Virus record (IMG/VR): IMGVR_UViG_2698536518_000008
Span: 1-41,211 of that record
Strand: one strand, 5' to 3'
DNA: 41,211 bases
From: a virus
Lineage: Duplodnaviria; Heunggongvirae; Uroviricota; Caudoviricetes
Position 1 is the first letter of the stretch, and each line of letters begins with the position of its first letter. A model generated the notes under the pieces. That model was not told the DNA's origin. It ran no database searches and saw nothing but the letters and a program-made list of their open reading frames with translations. A program made the translations under genes and the position numbers. This document shows, piece after piece, positions 35,839 to 41,211 of this stretch.

Positions 35839-36174
35839 ATGGATCCGATAACCAACATCACTGACGAACCTATCCAGCGGCATGTTCTGATTTTTGACCG
35901 TGGTGAGGCTGTGGTCACTATTCGTTATCTGCCTACGGTTGAAATGTGGAAAATGCGCGTGGAGTACAACGGTGATTACATCGACGGCGTGAAGCTGTCC
36001 CTCGGGACGCTACATTTTCGGCACAAGAACTGGCCTTTCGACGTTGTGTTACTTTGCGCTGACAATTCCGGCATTGACCCATATCGGGCTGACGACTTCG
36101 CCAGTGGTCGCATCGAAATGTATCTGGTCACGCCGGAAGAGATGATTGATATTCGCGGGGGAGACGTGCCGTGA
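35839..36174 (+). CDS. Hypothetical tail/baseplate protein
   Basis: 111 aa in baseplate block. Confidence 0.4.
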   Translation: MDPITNITDEPIQRHVLIFDRGEAVVTIRYLPTVEMWKMRVEYNGDYIDGVKLSLGTLHFRHKNWPFDVVLLCADNSGIDPYRADDFASGRIEMYLVTPEEMIDIRGGDVP

Positions 36175-37118
36175 TGGATACTTTTTACCGTGATTATCGG
36201 CTGACGGTGGGGATCGGCAATCAAGCAGTGATTATCGAGCCACCGATCACCGTGTCATTCAAGGCGCTGGAAACTGTGGACAAGAAGTCACTCGGCAAGC
36301 TGAGTGTGTCCATCAACGGGCTAAAGCCTTCCACGCGTCTGCAATTGCTCAAGTCCGAAGATGAAGAGAAGTATATCCCCGTTCGACTCGAGGTTGGTTA
36401 CGACGGCAAGCTGCGCCAGGTATTTCAGGGTTCGGTTAAAAGCGGAGCAGTAAAGCGTGAGGGGGCGATCCACATCGTCAGCCTGGAATGTGAAGACGGT
36501 GGCCACGACTATATCAACGCTTTCACATCGCGCACGGTACGCGGGAAAGATCAGGTCGTCGATTCTGTCTTGCAGGATATGCCAAACACGAAAAAAGGCT
36601 CTGTGACGAAGCAACAAGCACTCATCAGGCCGAAGGTTCTGGTAGGTAGCTCCAGTAAAATTCTTACCGATACCCTTGCGTCCGACGAGTCATTTTTCAT
36701 CAAAGATGAGCGCGTCCACATCCTCAAGGCTAATGAGGTTACATCGGGTAACATTCCAGTCGTGAATGCGCGTAGCGGTCTGCTAAATACGCCTCAGGCA
36801 ACGAAGATTAGCGCACAGGATGACGGGGGGAAGAAAGCCAAGATGCCAACCAATGAGCCTGATACGGATCCGGCAGGCAAAAAAGATACTGACTCGAGTA
36901 CCTTAGCCAAATCCTCGAAAGGGCAGATCGTATTCGATACGAAACTGAATCCTATGCTGGTGATCGGTGGGCTTTGCGCTGTTGAAAGCGTGACGAACCC
37001 CGCGTTAAACGGGGTTTATAAGATATACCAGATTGAAACCAGCGGGCAGAACAACGGGGCAGCCTGGTATCAGAAGGTGGTATGCCAGCCTGCCGGAAAT
37101 TACTCAGTTGTTAACTGA
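36171..37118 (+). CDS. Putative baseplate hub protein
   Basis: 315 aa; position in baseplate block. Confidence 0.4.
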   Translation: MMDTFYRDYRLTVGIGNQAVIIEPPITVSFKALETVDKKSLGKLSVSINGLKPSTRLQLLKSEDEEKYIPVRLEVGYDGKLRQVFQGSVKSGAVKREGAIHIVSLECEDGGHDYINAFTSRTVRGKDQVVDSVLQDMPNTKKGSVTKQQALIRPKVLVGSSSKILTDTLASDESFFIKDERVHILKANEVTSGNIPVVNARSGLLNTPQATKISAQDDGGKKAKMPTNEPDTDPAGKKDTDSSTLAKSSKGQIVFDTKLNPMLVIGGLCAVESVTNPALNGVYKIYQIETSGQNNGAAWYQKVVCQPAGNYSVVN

Positions 37119-37637
37119 AGATTTTACTTCTTGCGTTACGCTGGAATTGGTTTTTTCTGGTGGGTGACGATCTGAAAGCCAGCCAAGAGCAAAAATAATG
37201 ACTGTGAGAATAAAAATTTTCTCGCCTATTGAAAACTTCACCTTACCACCTGCATTTTTAAATGCCGTTTTCTCCTCGGTTGATAGTTTTCTAAATTGCT
37301 TATGGGTTAATACCATGACCAATGGGCGAGGTGGTTGAATATCTTCCTGACCATCCTCTAACAACGTTGAGTCCGAAAAGAAACCAAGCCGCTCAGGTGC
37401 TTGTTCCTCTACGTTCTCAGCGTGTTTACCGGTGGAGTTCTTTTGACCCGCGAGCAAGTTTCCACTCGTGTAAGACAAACCGGTACCGGGAATGCCTGCG
37501 GTTGCCTTTACCCCTTTTTTACCAACGTTCAGGGTAGCACCAGCCTTACCAATTGATGCGCTAGTAATGCCTGTTTTACCTATGTTTATATGAATGCCTG
37601 GTGCAATTTTGATGCGCTGTCTGAATTTGAATCCCAT
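37104..37637 (-). CDS. DUF4236-like protein with C-terminal TM helix (opposite-strand moron in tail module)
   Basis: 177 aa; N-terminus MGFKFRQRIKIAPGIHINIGKTGITSASIGKAGATLNVGKKG matches the DUF4236 pattern as I recall it; C-terminal hydrophobic helix KIFILTVIIFALGWL; good SD (AAGGAGAG) upstream; AT-rich; convergent 15-nt overlap with upstream plus-strand gene. Confidence 0.55.
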   Translation of the reverse strand: MGFKFRQRIKIAPGIHINIGKTGITSASIGKAGATLNVGKKGVKATAGIPGTGLSYTSGNLLAGQKNSTGKHAENVEEQAPERLGFFSDSTLLEDGQEDIQPPRPLVMVLTHKQFRKLSTEEKTAFKNAGGKVKFSIGEKIFILTVIIFALGWLSDRHPPEKTNSSVTQEVKSSVNN

Positions 37638-37752
37638 GAGTGACTCTCCTTAGTATTAAACGCTGGCGCAGGTTCGCTCTACGGCGATTAGTATGAGTAT
37701 TTATCTAGCCATCCATTGAACCCACTCTGGCGGTTTTTTATGGGCTTAATTT

Positions 37753-38370
37753 ATGATCGAAGAACTTCACGACACTATCGGCCTGGGTGTTGAATTTGCT
37801 CTGGCCGATGTTCACACCATTGTTGTCGCAAAAATAACGTCTGTAAATGACAAAACAATCAGTTGCGTCCCCGTTATCAATCGGGTTGTGAAAGGGAGCA
37901 GCAAGCAACTCCCAGAGTTCATTGAAGTCCCCCCGGTAATTTTGCAAGGCGGTGATAGTTATATCGCCGAACCAATTGCGGCTGGTGACTATTGCCTCGT
38001 CCTTATCTCTGAGCGTTGTTATGACGCTTGGTATGCGGGTAGCGACTTTGTTTCACCACTTGAAATGCGTATGCACGATTATTCAGATGGCTTCGCTCTG
38101 TGTGGGGTTAACCCACAGGCTACCGCGATCAATATCCCTAAGAAGAACAGGATGATGAAGGGGGATTCTGACCACGAGGGTGATTTAAACCTCACAGGAA
38201 ATATTACCCAGAAAGATGGTAAGACGACTCTGGAAGAATGCGATGTTCTGAATGTACTTCAATATTCCCAGGTAAAGACAGGCGGTAAGTCTGGGGTGTC
38301 TGGTTCATTTCGAAGCGATGACGGGAAAACAATCACAGTTACCAACGGTATTGTCACGGAGATCTCATGA
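37753..38370 (+). CDS. Putative baseplate spike/assembly protein
   Basis: 205 aa; position before baseplate wedge genes; weak RBS so start uncertain. Confidence 0.4.
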   Translation: MIEELHDTIGLGVEFALADVHTIVVAKITSVNDKTISCVPVINRVVKGSSKQLPEFIEVPPVILQGGDSYIAEPIAAGDYCLVLISERCYDAWYAGSDFVSPLEMRMHDYSDGFALCGVNPQATAINIPKKNRMMKGDSDHEGDLNLTGNITQKDGKTTLEECDVLNVLQYSQVKTGGKSGVSGSFRSDDGKTITVTNGIVTEIS

Positions 38371-38747
38371 TTGTTTCAGCACTTGATAAAAATGACGACT
38401 GGGGATTTGGGCGCGGGAAGGCAAACTATATAACTGGCGGTGCTGCTATCGCGCAGAAAGCCAAATGCCGGATCCGCTCGTTCAAAAACGATAATCCTCT
38501 CAACATGGATGACAACATCGACTGGCTTTACCTGTTATCAGAGAAAAACACCGAGCAGGAGATTCTGCGGGAGATAGAGCGCGTGACGCTGGCGACGGAT
38601 GGGGTTATGCGCATTACCGCTCTGGCGATGGAGGTCAATAAGGCCACCCGGTCACAAAAAATCGAACTCAGCATTGAGACCGTCTATGACCAGCAGACGA
38701 TCACCTTCCCGGTCAACGGAGCGTTGAAGAATGGCACTACAGTTTAG
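38367..38747 (+). CDS. Putative baseplate wedge protein (gpW/gp25-like by position)
   Basis: 126 aa; ATGA overlap; immediately upstream of baseplate J-like gene. Confidence 0.4.
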   Translation: MIVSALDKNDDWGFGRGKANYITGGAAIAQKAKCRIRSFKNDNPLNMDDNIDWLYLLSEKNTEQEILREIERVTLATDGVMRITALAMEVNKATRSQKIELSIETVYDQQTITFPVNGALKNGTTV

Positions 38748-39912
38748 CGACAACGGCCTTGAGACAAGCACTCTCCGGGAGTTATTTCAGGAACTGAGCG
38801 ACGGATATAAGGGAATTTATGGTCAGGATATCGATTTAGACCAGGAATCTCCCGACGGTCAACGCGTGGCAATCGAAGCTCAGGCTCGGGCAGATATTGA
38901 AGCCGCGCTGCAATGGCTTTATTCCCAAATGGACCCCGATTTTAATACTGGTGATATGCAGCAGATTATCGCCAAACTTCACGGGCTTTTCCTTCGCCCC
39001 GGCTCCCGGTCTCAGCGTGACCTTAAAGTCACAACAGACAGGCCGGTGCTTCTCTATAGCGGGTACAAGATACGGGACCAGGCAAATCAGGTCTGGGCTA
39101 TCCGACAGGACGTGACCGTTCCGGCGGGCGTCACAACAGCCACCTTTTTTGCTCAAAACTTTGGGAAAGTTACTGGGCTTGTGAACGACACCTTCACTCA
39201 ACTCACACCAGAACCAGGGATTGTGAGCATTATCTCTGATTCCGCGGTTGTGGTCGGTCGGGATGAGGAAACGCCTGAAGAATTCAGGCAACGCCGGAAC
39301 CGGTCGCTTGAGAACCCGGCAACAGGTAGCACTGGGGCGGTTTTCGCTAAAGTTGCTCAACTGACAGGTGTAATTGATCTGAATATCGGAGAGAACGACA
39401 CAAAAATTGATAATCCGACGACGGGTATCCCGGCCAATTCAATATGGCTGGTCGTTGAGGGGGGAGCGATTTCAGAAATTGTGGAGGTGATGGTTAAACA
39501 GAAAGGCGGTGGAACGGGAACGAAAGGCAGCATAACCGGACGTTTTACCGAGACCCTGATTCGGCCTGACGGCACTTCATTTCTGATAGCCCATGAACTT
39601 CAGTTTGATCGGCCCATCTATAAGCCGCTTCATATCAGGCTTAATGCCCGCCGGAAGATTCAAAGCGAACCGATAGATATCGATACTCTCAAAAAATCTC
39701 TTGCATCACGCACCATGCATATTGGTGAGTCTGTGGATGCCAATGAATTTTATGAGAATGGGTATGGGGTAGGACGGGTAAATTTTGTGCTGACCAATCT
39801 GCAAATTAGCAGTAATGGGGCAGATTACACCGATGCTGAGTTATCGCCAGGCTTTCAGGGAAAGTTCACGTTGAGTGTGGAAAATATAGACGTTAACGAG
39901 GTGGTCCAGTGA
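38731..39912 (+). CDS. Baseplate J-like protein
   Basis: 393 aa; EETPEEFRQRRNRSLE motif resembles the conserved baseplate-J family region. Confidence 0.7.
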   Translation: MALQFSDNGLETSTLRELFQELSDGYKGIYGQDIDLDQESPDGQRVAIEAQARADIEAALQWLYSQMDPDFNTGDMQQIIAKLHGLFLRPGSRSQRDLKVTTDRPVLLYSGYKIRDQANQVWAIRQDVTVPAGVTTATFFAQNFGKVTGLVNDTFTQLTPEPGIVSIISDSAVVVGRDEETPEEFRQRRNRSLENPATGSTGAVFAKVAQLTGVIDLNIGENDTKIDNPTTGIPANSIWLVVEGGAISEIVEVMVKQKGGGTGTKGSITGRFTETLIRPDGTSFLIAHELQFDRPIYKPLHIRLNARRKIQSEPIDIDTLKKSLASRTMHIGESVDANEFYENGYGVGRVNFVLTNLQISSNGADYTDAELSPGFQGKFTLSVENIDVNEVVQ

Positions 39913-40631
39913 ATGACGACATCATTAACCGCTACACGCTAATGCTCATCAAACAATATTGGGAAAAGAAAAAAGCAAGATCAGAGATACAGGCCATGCT
40001 CAGGCACTGGCAAATCATCGCCGATTTTATTCGTAACCCAGATAACTTTGATCTCGACCGGGTTACCGGATACCGGCTTGATGTCATTGGCCGGATAGTC
40101 GGCCTTCACCGTAGTGTGCCTGCTGTTATTGCCCGTGTATTTTTCGGGTTTGACGGACATCTGAATACCGCAGGCTTCGACAGTAAATCTAATGCGGCGT
40201 ATGTCGGCGCACCTTTCTACAGCAAGTTTTCGCCGGCATATGGTGACTATCAACTGGCTGACAATGAGTATCGCAGGTTCCTTCGGGTCAAAATTGCGCG
40301 AAACGCCGCAGGTACAACGATAGCGTCAGACGATCGGGTCAGCCTGCAGGATGTTATACAGACGGCTTTCAACGGCGAAGCTTACGTGACCGACAGAAAA
40401 GACATGACGCTTGCTTTGAACGTTTCGCCGCGGGTATCAGTTGAAGAGTTACGCCTGATTGTGAAGCTTGGCCTGCTGCCGAAACCTGCGGGCGTTCGAT
40501 ACGATTATTTTTATCAGGTGACTCCTGGTCTGACATTCGGTTTCTCGCGAAACCCTTCGGCCAGAGGATTCGCCAGCAAGTTTAATACCGCCTACCAGGG
40601 CGGTTTTTTTTCGAGGAAAATCCATGTCTAA
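39909..40631 (+). CDS. Putative tail protein (gpI-like baseplate/tail fibre adaptor)
   Basis: 240 aa following baseplate J-like gene. Confidence 0.45.
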   Translation: MNDDIINRYTLMLIKQYWEKKKARSEIQAMLRHWQIIADFIRNPDNFDLDRVTGYRLDVIGRIVGLHRSVPAVIARVFFGFDGHLNTAGFDSKSNAAYVGAPFYSKFSPAYGDYQLADNEYRRFLRVKIARNAAGTTIASDDRVSLQDVIQTAFNGEAYVTDRKDMTLALNVSPRVSVEELRLIVKLGLLPKPAGVRYDYFYQVTPGLTFGFSRNPSARGFASKFNTAYQGGFFSRKIHV

Positions 40632-41211
40632 GATTGTACGATATCAGGGAGATGTTCGGGCTTTTGCCTCTGATGCACAGGGAATGGAAAGAACCGTGTT
40701 TGGTGGAACAAATCAGGCGGATGACCTGACCTCGCAAATTACGGCATCTTTCCTTCGCGGATGGGGCATTGTTGGCGCTTCCGAACACCCCTCGCTTGAG
40801 GACTTCAATGCGGCAATGTATGCAATGAGTCAGTTCATTGCGTATCAGCACCAAATGGGGGTTCCAGAGTGGCATGCAGAACAGGAATATCATATCGGTT
40901 CGATCTGCACACATAACGGTGAATCTTATCAGTCCTTACAAAATGCAAATATTGGTAGCCAGCCGCCATCAGCAAAATGGACTCCTGTATTAACGTCAAA
41001 AAACTGTCTCGCAAACCTTGGTTTGGGAGAAGGCTCTGCATTACCGGTTGGGGTGCCTGTTCCGTGGCCTTCAGCCACTCCGCCAACAGGCTGGCTGAAA
41101 TGCAACGGTGCCGCTTTTTCTGCTGAAGAATACCCGGAACTGGCAAAGGCTTATCCGACAAATAAATTGCCTGATTTACGTGGTGAGTTTATTCGTGGCT
41201 GGGATGACGGG
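40624..41211 (+). CDS. Tail fibre protein, 3' end truncated by window edge
   Basis: Open frame from ATG 40624 to end of window (196 codons, no stop); contains VPVPWPSATPPTGWLKCNGAAFSAEEYPELAKAYPTNKLPDLRGEFIRGWDDG, the conserved tail-collar fibre motif. Confidence 0.7.
   Translation, partial: MSKIVRYQGDVRAFASDAQGMERTVFGGTNQADDLTSQITASFLRGWGIVGASEHPSLEDFNAAMYAMSQFIAYQHQMGVPEWHAEQEYHIGSICTHNGESYQSLQNANIGSQPPSAKWTPVLTSKNCLANLGLGEGSALPVGVPVPWPSATPPTGWLKCNGAAFSAEEYPELAKAYPTNKLPDLRGEFIRGWDDG

Noticed and set aside
1-41211. CRISPR arrays, rRNA genes, IS elements/transposases
   Set aside because: No regularly spaced repeat-spacer structure, no rRNA-like conserved blocks and no transposase-like ORF or terminal inverted repeats were seen; the only repeats are the origin iterons, operator palindromes and short direct repeats upstream of the kinase.

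Overview
This 41.2-kb window is most of a lambdoid-type temperate prophage; its base composition and gene families (Dam, RusA, NinB/NinE, Q, SAR endolysin) look enterobacterial, though the host cannot be proven from sequence alone. The window starts exactly at the integrase start codon and ends inside a tail-fibre gene, so neither att site is visible. Left to right: (1) integrase on the plus strand, convergent with a tightly packed leftward early operon (Xis/AlpA-like, Dam methylase, YqaJ exonuclease plus RecT, a repetitive coiled-coil protein, small ORFs, and an AT-rich 222-aa unknown gene in the pL-proximal position followed by an intrinsic terminator); (2) the immunity region, with an S24-type cI repressor, divergent Cro-like gene and operator clusters sharing TTTAGC-N5-GCTAAA half-sites; (3) a rightward replication module (O-like initiator carrying in-gene 11-bp-phased iterons, DnaB-type helicase); (4) a nin-like region (Ea22-like/DUF551 ORFs, NinB, NinE, DUF1364-like, RusA) and a Q-like antiterminator; (5) about 1 kb of non-coding DNA with a candidate late promoter and several intrinsic terminators; (6) an AT-rich, terminator-bracketed two-gene cassette encoding a Hanks-type Ser/Thr kinase and a PP2C-type phosphatase, which is the strongest candidate for an undescribed accessory or defence system; (7) a pinholin / SAR-endolysin / Rz / Rz1 lysis cassette; (8) a head and contractile-tail morphogenesis module (TerS, TerL, portal, MuF-like, capsid, sheath, tube, chaperone with probable frameshift, tape measure, baseplate, truncated tail fibre). 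Two further opposite-strand AT-rich moron-like genes interrupt the late region (21124-21684 and 37104-37637). No rRNA, complete tRNA, CRISPR array or IS element was found. All family assignments are from motif recognition by eye and gene order; no database search was run.
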